Shown here: positions 9,568 to 19,826 of the stretch, piece after piece
How positions within the stretch are numbered: position 1 is the stretch's first letter
Layout: each line of letters opens with the position of its first letter
Origin: a virus
Direction: 5' to 3' (one strand)
DNA length: 64,000 bases
Virus record (IMG/VR): IMGVR_UViG_3300027749_000039
Span: 1-64,000 of that record
Position numbers and translations under genes: made by a program
The notes under the pieces: generated by a model
The model's input: the letters and a program-made list of their open reading frames with translations, nothing else
Database searches by the model: none
Told to the model about the DNA's origin: nothing

Positions 9568-10395
9568 ATGCATTATATAATACAAGAAAATATATTCAAA
9601 GAATCTCACTATAATCTTCTCATAGATACTATGCAGAAGTTAAACTTACCACATCAAGTAGTTAGAATTTTTCCTTTTGTTGATAAAATTATTGATATAA
9701 ACGATATACCAGAAGATAATGACTTTAATGTAGATGAACTACCTGATGTTACTCCACCTGAAAATACACCGATATTTGTATTTGGTGCCGTTAAAATGGC
9801 ACGTATTTGCGCACAAAAGAATTGGACACCAGGTTCTTTATTAAATACTAATCATGATTTTGAGGTTTATAGCAAATATTATAAAGAAAATCTTTTAAAT
9901 TATGATTCCGAATTAGTTAAAGCTGGTAGTGACTTTAATTGGGACACTGAGCGCAAATTTATTCGCCCAACCAAAGATACAAAGGCATTTACTGGTAAAG
10001 TGTTTAAACAAGAAGATTGGATACAATTTATTACTGATAACATCGGTAATGAGAAAACATTATTAAATGAAAATACCACTATTCAAATTTCTTCTGTTAA
10101 AGAAATTTATAAAGAAATAAGATTCTGGGTAGTAAATGGTAAAATAATTACTGGTAGCCAATATGCTATAGGTGGTAAAGTATCCTATAATGAGTATTTC
10201 GAACCAGAAGCATTAGAATATGCACAAAAAATGGTAGATATATATCAGTTGGCAGATGCATTTGTAATAGATGTTTGTTTAACTGATGATGGATGGAAAA
10301 TTGTTGAGTGTAATTGCATTAATTGTGCAGGATTTTACTTGTGTAATATGCAGAAAATGATAATGGAATTAGAATATTTTTTTGATCCTTCTTAA
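9568..10395 (+). CDS. ATP-grasp domain protein (R2K/DUF4343-like)
   Basis: KFIRPTKDTKAFTG, EIRFWVVNGKIITGSQY, AFVIDV, KIVECNCINCAGFY. Confidence 0.8.
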   Translation: MHYIIQENIFKESHYNLLIDTMQKLNLPHQVVRIFPFVDKIIDINDIPEDNDFNVDELPDVTPPENTPIFVFGAVKMARICAQKNWTPGSLLNTNHDFEVYSKYYKENLLNYDSELVKAGSDFNWDTERKFIRPTKDTKAFTGKVFKQEDWIQFITDNIGNEKTLLNENTTIQISSVKEIYKEIRFWVVNGKIITGSQYAIGGKVSYNEYFEPEALEYAQKMVDIYQLADAFVIDVCLTDDGWKIVECNCINCAGFYLCNMQKMIMELEYFFDPS

Positions 10396-10405
10396 TTAAA
10401 TTAAT

Positions 10406-10765
10406 ATGATATATACAGATTTTGTAGAAAAATTATTTAACGATAGTAATATTTCGGAAGAAATAGTTAATTGTTTATTGTCTAAAATAGACATAGAAGA
10501 TAAATTTAGAAATCCACAAATACTTTGGGCTAGTAATAGTGATTTAAGCACATTTGATGGTATAGTAGAGGCTACTATACAATTTGAGTATATTCCACCT
10601 ATGGGAGAAGTATGGTCTGTTCCGCAAACATATGATGTAATATATTTTATTAAAGACGAAAATGGATTTAAATATATTCCAAATCCAAGAATTAAAAAAC
10701 CAATAGATTCTGTTATTACGGCATACCTTCGTCAAATGAGAATAGACGAGATTTTACAAGACTAA
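10406..10765 (+). CDS. Hypothetical protein
   Basis: 119 aa co-oriented ORF. Confidence 0.65.
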   Translation: MIYTDFVEKLFNDSNISEEIVNCLLSKIDIEDKFRNPQILWASNSDLSTFDGIVEATIQFEYIPPMGEVWSVPQTYDVIYFIKDENGFKYIPNPRIKKPIDSVITAYLRQMRIDEILQD

Positions 10766-10794
10766 ACAAAGTAAATTATAAGAATATAAATAGT

Positions 10795-12468
10795 ATGTCA
10801 ATAAGAAAAGATCTAGTTAAATTTACCCCAAGAGTAGAACAAGAAAAAGCTCTGGAATATATTAAAAATGTTATAGAAAAGAAACCTGATAATAAGTTTT
10901 TTCTTTTAAATATGCCTGTTGGTATAGGAAAATCGCATTTAGCTGTTATGATTTCCGATTATATAACAACAAAAGTTATGCCTGGTGCACAGGTTGATAT
11001 AATAACAGCTGGTAAGCTGTTACAGGATCAATATGAGCATACTTATGACGAGATTAAATCTTTAAGAGGTAAAGATAATTATGAATGCGCACAGTATTCT
11101 TGTTCTTGTGAGAAAGGCAAAGAATTCAACAAACTAAATAAGACAAAATGTGAATTTTGTCCTTATGATTCTGCTAAATTGGCATATATGACAAGTGAGG
11201 TTTCATTAACTAATTTTCATTTATATTTAATTAATGCAATTTATGGAACTACTATAATGAAAGATAGAGAATCTAGACTTTTGATAGTTGATGAAGCGCA
11301 TGAATTTGATGATGTGATGTCGGACTTTATATCTATAAAAATAACTGAAACTATTATTAAAAAGTTTAAGTTCAGTAATGAACCCGAAATAGTAAGGCAG
11401 TTAAAAGGTGTAGTTAATATTGAAACATATGTGGATTTCTTAAAGTATTTTTTAGATGAGATATTACACACCATATCTGAAATAGAGTCAGCTTTAATGG
11501 TTGCAAGAGTTGGTGATAAAAATCCTGGTAAAAGAGATAGTAGAGATATGAAAATTAACTCTATTCTAGATTTAGAATCAGACGATGTTAAATTAATGCA
11601 ATTGGTTAAAGATTTAGGACAATATTCTACTAAAATAGGTGTATTTATTAAAGAATATGAATTAACGCCGAATAACTGGGTTATTGAATCTCAATATAAC
11701 GAAAAGTTAAAGATAAATGAATTATCACTAGAGCCTATTTGGGCAAAAGATTACTTACAAAAGTTTATTTGGTCTAGATATGATATGGTAGTCTTAATGT
11801 CAGGAACTATTTTAGATAAAACTTTATTTTCTACTATTAATGGTATAGATCCGGAGAAAGCTGTTTATTATTCAGTTTCATCTCCATTTGCCCAAGAGAA
11901 TAGAAAGATATTTTATATGCCTTTAGGTAAAATGTCCTATACTAAAAAGACTGAAACATTTAAGAGTTATGTGCCATTTTTTAGTAAACTATTAAAAAAG
12001 TATCCAGATGTAAAAGGTATTATACATACTAACTCATTTGAGTTATCTAAATGGATAGAAGATTCTATCAGTGATAGTCGTTTAGTATTTCATGGTTCTG
12101 CTAATAAAGAAGAAATGTTAAGACATCACTTTACATCCGAAAAACCAACCGTAATAGTTAGTCCTTCTGTGTCAACTGGTGTTAGTTTTGATCATGAAAA
12201 GAGTAGATTTCAAGTAATCGCAAAAATACCATATCCTTCATTAGGCTCACAAAAAAATAAAATGAGACAAAAAACTTATCCAGAGTGGTATTCATGGAAA
12301 ACCGTAGCTGAATTGATACAAGCTTGTGGTAGAAGTGTAAGAAGTCACACTGATTATGCGGATACAATAATAATTGACGGCTCTTTTTCTGATGTATTAA
12401 GATTTTCATCGCATTATATGCCATTATGGTTTCAAGAATCTATAAAAACAGTAAAACCTGCTAGTTAG
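10795..12468 (+). CDS. DinG/XPD-like SF2 helicase
   Basis: Walker A MPVGIGKS, Cys cluster (CAQYSCSC...CEFCPY), LIVDEAH, MSGT, HTNS, TGVSF, QACGRSVR. Confidence 0.85.
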   Translation: MSIRKDLVKFTPRVEQEKALEYIKNVIEKKPDNKFFLLNMPVGIGKSHLAVMISDYITTKVMPGAQVDIITAGKLLQDQYEHTYDEIKSLRGKDNYECAQYSCSCEKGKEFNKLNKTKCEFCPYDSAKLAYMTSEVSLTNFHLYLINAIYGTTIMKDRESRLLIVDEAHEFDDVMSDFISIKITETIIKKFKFSNEPEIVRQLKGVVNIETYVDFLKYFLDEILHTISEIESALMVARVGDKNPGKRDSRDMKINSILDLESDDVKLMQLVKDLGQYSTKIGVFIKEYELTPNNWVIESQYNEKLKINELSLEPIWAKDYLQKFIWSRYDMVVLMSGTILDKTLFSTINGIDPEKAVYYSVSSPFAQENRKIFYMPLGKMSYTKKTETFKSYVPFFSKLLKKYPDVKGIIHTNSFELSKWIEDSISDSRLVFHGSANKEEMLRHHFTSEKPTVIVSPSVSTGVSFDHEKSRFQVIAKIPYPSLGSQKNKMRQKTYPEWYSWKTVAELIQACGRSVRSHTDYADTIIIDGSFSDVLRFSSHYMPLWFQESIKTVKPAS

Positions 12469-12478
12469 CAGGTTTTTT
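12453..12478. terminator. Bidirectional intrinsic terminator
   Basis: AAAACCTGCTA-GT-TAGCAGGTTTTTT between convergent genes. Confidence 0.75.
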
Positions 12479-12480
12479 AT

Positions 12481-13161
12481 TTATTGGTAATATTCTTTAT
12501 AGTCAATTATATATTTTGGGCTAATTCTTTGGTCTATAAATACTCCATTTGGATAATTTACATCTTTATAAAAATGTAGATTATTTTTAATTTTACTAAT
12601 ATCAATTGTTAGTATTACTGGTTGTTCAATATTAAAATTTACATTTTGAACTAGCATATCAATATCTTTTTTATCTTTGAGTAAATAAATTCTTTTTGGA
12701 TGGTAAGAAATCTTATTTGTATTTCTTGGTAGTAATCCTTTTGATTTTATATCAGATATATTATATTCATCTGTAATGTGGTATAATATATCTGGTATAT
12801 CTGTTATTTTTTCACCATAATAAGGTTCAAAATGTAGTGTTATTAACATTTCATCATCTAATCCTTCTAAATCTGTATCCTTAATCATTTTAGTTATTAG
12901 ACTATTTATATCCTTTCTAAATTCGTTAAAATCTACTTCTTCATCTTCGCCATAAAAATCGGTATGGTAACCAGCTAAAAAATACTTATAAGTTCTTTCT
13001 ATAGGTTTAAGTAAAGTTAAAACTTTTTCCCAATTAAACTGGTTTATTTCTATAAAAAGCGTTCCTTGATTAAAATAATATTCATCAGTATTTAGGTTCT
13101 TTAATAAGAAATCTTTAAGATGAGATAAAGATTCGGTTATAAATTCAACAAAAGTTTTCAT
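12481..13161 (-). CDS. Putative head-packaged protein with C-terminal ADP-ribosyltransferase/KptA-like domain
   Basis: N-terminus MKTFVEFITES; LYHITDEYNISDIKSKGLLP, RIYL, ILTID, ISPKYI. Confidence 0.55.
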   Translation of the reverse strand: MKTFVEFITESLSHLKDFLLKNLNTDEYYFNQGTLFIEINQFNWEKVLTLLKPIERTYKYFLAGYHTDFYGEDEEVDFNEFRKDINSLITKMIKDTDLEGLDDEMLITLHFEPYYGEKITDIPDILYHITDEYNISDIKSKGLLPRNTNKISYHPKRIYLLKDKKDIDMLVQNVNFNIEQPVILTIDISKIKNNLHFYKDVNYPNGVFIDQRISPKYIIDYKEYYQ

Positions 13162-13190
13162 TTATTATATATTAAATTAATATATAATAA
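13162..13190. promoter_or_regulatory. Back-to-back AATATATA promoters for divergent genes
   Basis: The whole 29-nt intergenic region is the inverted repeat TTATTATATATTAA-A-TTAATATATAATAA. Confidence 0.7.
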
Positions 13191-13772
13191 ATGAAAGTTT
13201 TAAATTATAGACAATTGGAATTAGCAGAAGAATTATTTAATTATTCTAATAATTCTATGTTAGAAACCAAATATAGTCTTCCTAAAAATACCTTTTTAGA
13301 TAAATTAAAAATACATAAATTATTAATAGACCAGAATCAAGATAAATTAGGTTTATTAGATAAAATTACCGAGCAATTAGTTAAAAACTCTAATCTAAAT
13401 ATTAGTGATGATGAAAAAACTATTACTTTGCTTTGCGTAGCTGCATTTTCAGCTAGCCAATTAGATAGCAAATTTATATTAGATAATAAGATAAATAAAG
13501 GAGAGTTTGAAAAAGAAATAAAATCTGTCTTAGAAGAATTAAAAATGATTGGAGTAGGCAATAATATAGTTAAAAACTTATCAAATTGCTTCAAATCTAT
13601 ACTCAAATTATCCAAATCAATAGAATCCATTTTATCATTTGTCGAAAAACATAAAGTAGCATTGACGGATTTAGAAGCTATTACTGACTATATAAAAGAT
13701 AGAGATTTCATAGCAAGTAAAGATAAGTCGCAGCCAGCAAAGGTTATGACGATAAATGAATTCAATTTATAA
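13191..13772 (+). CDS. Hypothetical protein
   Basis: 193 aa ORF. Confidence 0.7.
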   Translation: MKVLNYRQLELAEELFNYSNNSMLETKYSLPKNTFLDKLKIHKLLIDQNQDKLGLLDKITEQLVKNSNLNISDDEKTITLLCVAAFSASQLDSKFILDNKINKGEFEKEIKSVLEELKMIGVGNNIVKNLSNCFKSILKLSKSIESILSFVEKHKVALTDLEAITDYIKDRDFIASKDKSQPAKVMTINEFNL

Positions 13773-13821
13773 ACTTAAGATTTCATATTAGTATAATAAT
13801 AAATTAAAATTATTATTAATT

Positions 13822-15162
13822 ATGACTATCGGCATTGAAAAAATCTTTTTTGGCTATATACTGCAAAATAAAAAATACTTCTACATTATTGAACCTTATT
13901 TTTTCAAAAACAATGAAATACAATTTGTTTTTGATATAATAAGAAAATACATGCTGCAAGATGGTGACATTGAAATGCCATCTCCAAAACAAATTTTAGA
14001 AATGGTTAATCTTGAAGATAGAGAAGGACTCATTACTAAAGAAATCTTAAAAGCTATGCTTACGGTTACTCTTGAAGAGTATGATGAAGACAATTTCATT
14101 TTACCTAGATTTAATGCATGGATACTATCAAATCGCTTAAAAGCTGGAACGGTAGATATAGTTGAAGAAACTAGAAACCTTGATACTATAAATGATTTTG
14201 AATCTACATTAGTAACAGTTCAAAAAATTAAGGACATTGTTGAAAATATGTCTTCTCTTAACTTTGTTAATGATGATGAAGATATGGGTTCAGATTTTGA
14301 TGATGTTGAAGCACACGTTCAGGATTCATCTAAGTTTAAGATTAAGTCTGGATTTCCTACACTTGACCATATGCTAGGTGGTGGCTGGGATATAGGTACA
14401 TTGAATATGCTAATGGGTGAAACTAATTCAGGTAAATCTTTATGGATGCAAAATTTAGCAGTTAGTTCGGCTAACTGTGGATATAATGTTCTTTATGTAA
14501 CATTAGAAATGTCTGAAAGAAAGGTTATGAAAAGATTAGGTGCTATGCGATTAAAAATACCTATTAATGATTATGATGATGTTTCTAAAGATGTTGATTT
14601 CATAAAAAAGAGAATTGATCATTTGAAAAAGTCAGCGGGTAGTGGAAGTGATTTATTTGAGAAAAAAATAGGTAAAATTTACACTAAATTCTGGGCAGCT
14701 GGAACAACAAATGTAAATGACATAGATAAGTATTTACAAAAATTATGGGAGAGAAAGGGAATTAAAATTGATTTAGTAATTGTTGATTACTTAACATTAA
14801 TGGTCCCACCTGGTAAAACAGCTGGTGGTGATACACTTTATACCAAAGGTAAAGCTTTAGCTGAAGGTTTAAGAGCGTTAGGAGCTAAATATAAATGTCC
14901 TGTAATAAGTGCATTACAAGTAGCTAAAGACGCATGGAATTCATCTAATATATCATTAGAATCTGTTCCTGAATCAAAGGCGATTCCTGAGACTAGTGAC
15001 ACCTTCTTCGCCATTATCCGCACCGAGGAAATGAGAAGACAAAATCTATACAAACTAAAAATGCTAAAACAGCGGGATGGTGACTTCTTGAAATCACAGA
15101 TACGTATTAATTTAAATCCAACTTTTCTAACATTAGAGAATGATACTTTTATAGATGCATAA
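13822..15162 (+). CDS. dnaB: Replicative DnaB/gp41-like helicase
   Basis: Walker A GETNSGKS, VTLEMSE, VIVDYL, ISALQ, KQRDG. Confidence 0.9.
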   Translation: MTIGIEKIFFGYILQNKKYFYIIEPYFFKNNEIQFVFDIIRKYMLQDGDIEMPSPKQILEMVNLEDREGLITKEILKAMLTVTLEEYDEDNFILPRFNAWILSNRLKAGTVDIVEETRNLDTINDFESTLVTVQKIKDIVENMSSLNFVNDDEDMGSDFDDVEAHVQDSSKFKIKSGFPTLDHMLGGGWDIGTLNMLMGETNSGKSLWMQNLAVSSANCGYNVLYVTLEMSERKVMKRLGAMRLKIPINDYDDVSKDVDFIKKRIDHLKKSAGSGSDLFEKKIGKIYTKFWAAGTTNVNDIDKYLQKLWERKGIKIDLVIVDYLTLMVPPGKTAGGDTLYTKGKALAEGLRALGAKYKCPVISALQVAKDAWNSSNISLESVPESKAIPETSDTFFAIIRTEEMRRQNLYKLKMLKQRDGDFLKSQIRINLNPTFLTLENDTFIDA

Positions 15163-15210
15163 TTACAAAAAAAGTATCAAAGGTATCATACTAATTTTTA
15201 TATATAAAAT

Positions 15211-16059
15211 ATGAAAAGCGCAGAAAATATAAAAAAAGATTGGATACAAAAAATAGAAAAGAATGGTTTACAAGTAATTGAGTATATATCTATTAATGAG
15301 GTTAAATGTGTATGTAATGCTTGTGGTTATGTAAAAATAGATAATTGTAGAAATTTAGGTTATTTTAAATTTAAATGTAAATACTGTAATCTTTTATCAA
15401 AATCAATTCTTTTAAAGGAAAAACTAGTAGAGATACTTGAAATAAATGGTAATAAATTAAAATTGAAATGCAAGTTGAATCATATATATGAGCAGACCAG
15501 AGGTAATTTCTTGTGTAATAAAAAATGTAATAAATGTTATTTAGAAGATAAGATTTTTACAGAACAAGATATAAAAGAAAAAATAAAAGAAATACATGGA
15601 GATATGTATAAATATGATTTTAAAAATTTTAAAAATGTGCATTCTAAAATAGAAATAATTTGTAGAAAAAATCATATTTTCAAACAGAAAATTTCTAATC
15701 ATTTACAAGGAAAGGGATGTCCTATTTGTAGAGAATCATTAGGTGAAAGGACAATAGAAAATTATTTAATCTCAAAAAACATAAATTTTAAAAGGCAAAA
15801 GCAATTTGAAGATTGTAGAAATATTAATAAATTGAAATTTGATTTTTATTTAAAAGATTATAATTATATTATAGAATTTGACGGTATTCAACATTTTGAG
15901 CCAATAAAAATATTTGGAGGTGAAAAAAAGTTTGTTGAAACGGTTGTAAATGATAAAATTAAAAATGATTATTGTATAAAAAATAATATTAATTTATGTA
16001 GGATATCATATAAGGAAAATATAATTGATAAATTAAGAAGGATACCAATTTTAACATAG
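15211..16059 (+). mobile_element. Homing endonuclease-like protein (CxxC zinc-finger repeats + Vsr/DUF559-like PD-(D/E)xK domain)
   Basis: CNACG, CKYC, HLQGKGCPIC, ESLGERTIE, LKFDFYL, IIEFDGIQH. Confidence 0.8.
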
Positions 16060-16225
16060 TGACTCATTCTTTGCAATCATTAGAAATGAGGATATGAAAA
16101 GACAAAATTTATATAGATTAAAAATGTTAAAACAAAGAGATGGGGATTTTTTGAAATCACAAATTAGAATAAATCTAAATCCAGTATTCCTCACATTGGA
16201 AAATAATCAATTTATTGATGCATAA
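16058..16225 (+). pseudogene. Stranded duplicate of the dnaB 3' end (55 codons + stop)
   Basis: SDSFFAIIRNEDMKRQNLYRLKMLKQRDGDFLKSQIRINLNPVFLTLENNQFIDA* versus 14995-15162 SDTFFAIIRTEEMRRQNLYKLKMLKQRDGDFLKSQIRINLNPTFLTLENDTFIDA*; same length, no start codon. Confidence 0.9.
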
Positions 16226-16307
16226 ACACATTAAAAATGGATAATATATATAGATAGAAACTTATGGTTTTTTCTTAATATAATCCTATATAAAAAATAT
16301 TTTACAC

Positions 16308-17237
16308 ATGATAAATTTACACAATGATGAACCAATCGACCCGATTGATCCAAATGATATAGAGGATAAAGAAATAGAATTAGACGAAAATATGCTAGAT
16401 GATAGTATAGAATTAATTCTTGAAATAGAAGACGAGGATATTACTGATATAATTGATGAGGAAGACTTTATTGTTGAAGATAAATCTGATTCTGATATAA
16501 TCGATCTTATTGATGACGAGGATCCTGTTATGTCTAAGCATAAGATACAAGGTAAACATAGTTTGAAATATGATTCTATTTTTAAGGGTAAAAAAGAAGA
16601 CCCTTTATCAGAGGACGAATTTGAAACTACGTCAACTTATTTTAATGAAAACTTTGAAGTAGATAAAGGTTCGTTATATTGGTTTGAATCAATAGATAAT
16701 GAAAATTATATTAAAGAAAAAAGAATCAAAGAAAAAGTTTATGAGGTATTAATTAATAATACTGAATTAAATTTTCTAAATAATAGAAGAAAACCATCAA
16801 AATCTGATTTTAATAATTATTATTTTTTATTAAAGACACATTTAAAAGATGAATCTTTTACAAATGTTGAACTTTTTAATGAATTAGCAGTATATTTTTC
16901 AGACAATCTATTTAATATGTTTAAGTTATTAGACAATAAGTGGAGAAATCTTATAATTAGTGAATTACAGGAACATATTGGTAAATATAAATCAAATCCA
17001 GAAGTTTCATATAGAAATATTGCAATTGGAACTGAAGTTGAATTTGAATGGTTCGATGACTCTATAAGAGAGTTACAAATTATAACTGGTGTAGTTGAAG
17101 AAGTAGATGAAGATATATTTATAGTAGATTCCTATGAAAAAATATATCATTTGGAATTAAACCAAATTACTAAGATACTTAATAATACTAAATTTAAGTA
17201 TAATTTAAATAAATTAAATAATATAGATTTCCTATAA
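16308..17237 (+). CDS. Hypothetical protein with highly acidic N-terminus
   Basis: 309 aa, D/E-rich first 70 aa. Confidence 0.75.
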   Translation: MINLHNDEPIDPIDPNDIEDKEIELDENMLDDSIELILEIEDEDITDIIDEEDFIVEDKSDSDIIDLIDDEDPVMSKHKIQGKHSLKYDSIFKGKKEDPLSEDEFETTSTYFNENFEVDKGSLYWFESIDNENYIKEKRIKEKVYEVLINNTELNFLNNRRKPSKSDFNNYYFLLKTHLKDESFTNVELFNELAVYFSDNLFNMFKLLDNKWRNLIISELQEHIGKYKSNPEVSYRNIAIGTEVEFEWFDDSIRELQIITGVVEEVDEDIFIVDSYEKIYHLELNQITKILNNTKFKYNLNKLNNIDFL

Positions 17238-17362
17238 TTTGTTTTTTGAAAAATTTTCAACATTTGAAAATTTTAACATAAAAATTACTCAATATATAAT
17301 TAACAATTTTTAAAAAATTGTTGTTATTGGAATTTTATTCTAAAAAAAAATTAAAAATTATT

Positions 17363-18817
17363 ATGACAAAACAAATTTATGTCGTTAAAAGAGACGACAG
17401 GCGAGAGCTTTTGGATTACGAAAAGATAAATAAAGTTTTACTTTGGGCAACCGAGGATATTACCAATGTATCTGCTTCTGATGTTGCTATGAATGCTAAA
17501 TTACAAATTTTTGATGGTATCGCTAGTTCGGAAATACACAAAGTTCTTATTCAATCTGCGGTTGATATGATAAGTGAAGAAACACCAAACTATCAATACG
17601 TTGCTTCTAAATTAACTAATTTCTTATTGAGAAAAGAAGTATTTAATACATACAATATTTTCCCAAGACTTAAAACTTTTATTAAAGAAAACGCTGATAG
17701 AGAAGTTTATGATAGTGTGGTATTAACAAAATATACCGAAAGAGAAATAGATAAAATTGAACAATTTATTAAACATAAGAGAGATGAAGACTTGACATAT
17801 TCAGGTATTCAACAATTGATGGATAAATACTTAGTTCAAGACAGAAAAACTGGTAAACATTATGAAACACCACAATTTATGTATATCTTAATAGCCATGA
17901 CTTTATTTGCTTCTTATGCTGGTGAAGACAGATTGGAAAAAGTTAAGAAGTGTTATGAAATGCTATCTTTGCAAAAGATATCTCTTCCAACTCCTATATT
18001 AGCTGGTGTTAGAACTCCTAACCGTCAGTTTGCATCATGTGTATTAGTTGATGTTGCGGATGATTTAGATTCAATCGCTGCTTCTAATCATGCAGTGTTG
18101 AGATATATCTCTAATAGAGCTGGTATTGGCTTAAACTTCCGTTTAAGAGCAATTGGTTCTTCTGTGAATAATGGTGAAAAGATACATACTGGTATTATAC
18201 CTTTCCTAAAAATGTTTGAATCTTCTGTTAAATCTTGTTCACAAGGTGGTATCAGAGGTGGTGCCGCAACAGCTCACTATCCTTTTTGGCATAAAGAAAT
18301 AATGGATATATTAGTATTAAAAAATAATGCTGGTAATGAATTATCTCGTGTTAGAAGAATGGATCACTCTATTCAATTATGTAGATTATTTTATACAAGA
18401 TTTGTTAAGAAGGAAAATATTAGCCTATTTTCAGCAAATGATGTTCCAGAATTATACGAAGCATTTGGTTATGATAATGATAAGTTTGAAGCTTTATATG
18501 TTAAATACGAAAATGATCCTACAATTAATAAAACAACTATTGCAGCTGGTGAAGTAATGAACTTACTTTTACAAGAAAGATTAGAAAACGGTAGAATTTA
18601 TATACAAAATATAGACAATGCAAATATACACTCGGCATTTTTAGATAAGATAAATATGTCTAATCTTTGCCAAGAAATAACATTACCATCTAGTCCTATT
18701 TATGATATAAACGATGGTAAAATTATTAAAAGAAAAATCAAAATCAAAAAAGAAGATTTTAATAATTTTAAAGAATTATTAGGTAATAATAAAGAAATAA
18801 AAATTAAAGGCGAATAA
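17363..18817 (+). CDS. nrdA: Class Ia ribonucleotide reductase alpha subunit, N-terminal piece
   Basis: ATP-cone VVKRD, TPILAG, FASCVL, QGGIRGG, catalytic SNLCQEI; stops before the second redox Cys; ATG 17363 preferred. Confidence 0.9.
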   Translation: MTKQIYVVKRDDRRELLDYEKINKVLLWATEDITNVSASDVAMNAKLQIFDGIASSEIHKVLIQSAVDMISEETPNYQYVASKLTNFLLRKEVFNTYNIFPRLKTFIKENADREVYDSVVLTKYTEREIDKIEQFIKHKRDEDLTYSGIQQLMDKYLVQDRKTGKHYETPQFMYILIAMTLFASYAGEDRLEKVKKCYEMLSLQKISLPTPILAGVRTPNRQFASCVLVDVADDLDSIAASNHAVLRYISNRAGIGLNFRLRAIGSSVNNGEKIHTGIIPFLKMFESSVKSCSQGGIRGGAATAHYPFWHKEIMDILVLKNNAGNELSRVRRMDHSIQLCRLFYTRFVKKENISLFSANDVPELYEAFGYDNDKFEALYVKYENDPTINKTTIAAGEVMNLLLQERLENGRIYIQNIDNANIHSAFLDKINMSNLCQEITLPSSPIYDINDGKIIKRKIKIKKEDFNNFKELLGNNKEIKIKGE

Positions 18818-18854
18818 TACACATAGAGATATATTTTAATTTAATATATATTAT

Positions 18855-19826
18855 ATGAAAAATAATTATATAGGATTTATATACAAATGGACTAACAAAA
18901 ATAATAATATGTTTTATATAGGTTCGCATAAAGGTAATATAAATGATGGGTATGTTGGTTCTGGAACTTTATTTAAAGAAGAATATAAGCTAAATAAAAT
19001 TGATTTTGAAAGGAAAATATTAGAATATGTTAATAATGAAGAAAATATTTTAGTCAGAGAACAATTTTATTTAGATTTATATGATGTAAAAAATAATAAA
19101 TTATCTTATAATTTAAACCCAAAGACTTCTGGTGGATGGAAATTTTGTCACGAATCATCTTATCTAATAAACAAAAGAAATGATTCTATAAAAGATACAT
19201 TTAAAAATGGAAGAATTATTTATAATAAAGATAAGAAAATAGAAGAATTATATTCGGAGGATGTTGTTACTCGTTTGAAACAAAAGGCTTCTGAAAATAT
19301 TGGCGATAAATTTAATAGAAATAAAGGAAATAAAGGTGCTGGTATAAAAAATTCTAACTCAAAGATAGTACTAATTGAGTATTTACATGGTAATCTTAAA
19401 TTAATATGTAAAGGAACATTTAGAAAATGGTGTCATTCTGGATCTTATAAGAAAGATAATAAATCAATATGGAAGATATACTATTTAAATAATAGTTCTG
19501 ATTTGATCTTATATAATGATTATATAGAATATAATGGCGAAAAATATACAAAAGAATACCTTATTGGTATAACAAAAAATAAATTATTATTAGAAGTTCA
19601 TAACAGAAATTATTATTTAATAGAGCATATTGAAACAAACATACAATTTAAATCTGATATTCCTTTGGGTGTAATTAGAAAAAAATTAAAAGGTGGATTT
19701 GGTAAATTAATATGGAATTTTAATGAAATTTCTTACGAAGAATTCCTAAAAAAAGAAATAAAATATTATGATGGAAAAAGTAAAATTTGTGGAAACACAA
19801 TACGAGAATATTGTTCAATTTTGTAA
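18855..19826 (+). mobile_element. GIY-YIG homing endonuclease inserted within nrdA
   Basis: GFIYKWTN...FYIGSH, YVGSG, ILVREQFYLD, YNL. Confidence 0.85.

Noticed and set aside
12466-12468. Amber readthrough extension of the DinG helicase
   Set aside because: The TAG sits in a terminator hairpin, and the downstream frame is antisense to another gene with no meaningful sequence
18818-19826. Group I intron or intein in nrdA
   Set aside because: Only 37 nt of non-coding DNA at the 5' side and an overlap at the 3' side; no intron core or Cys...His-Asn intein ends
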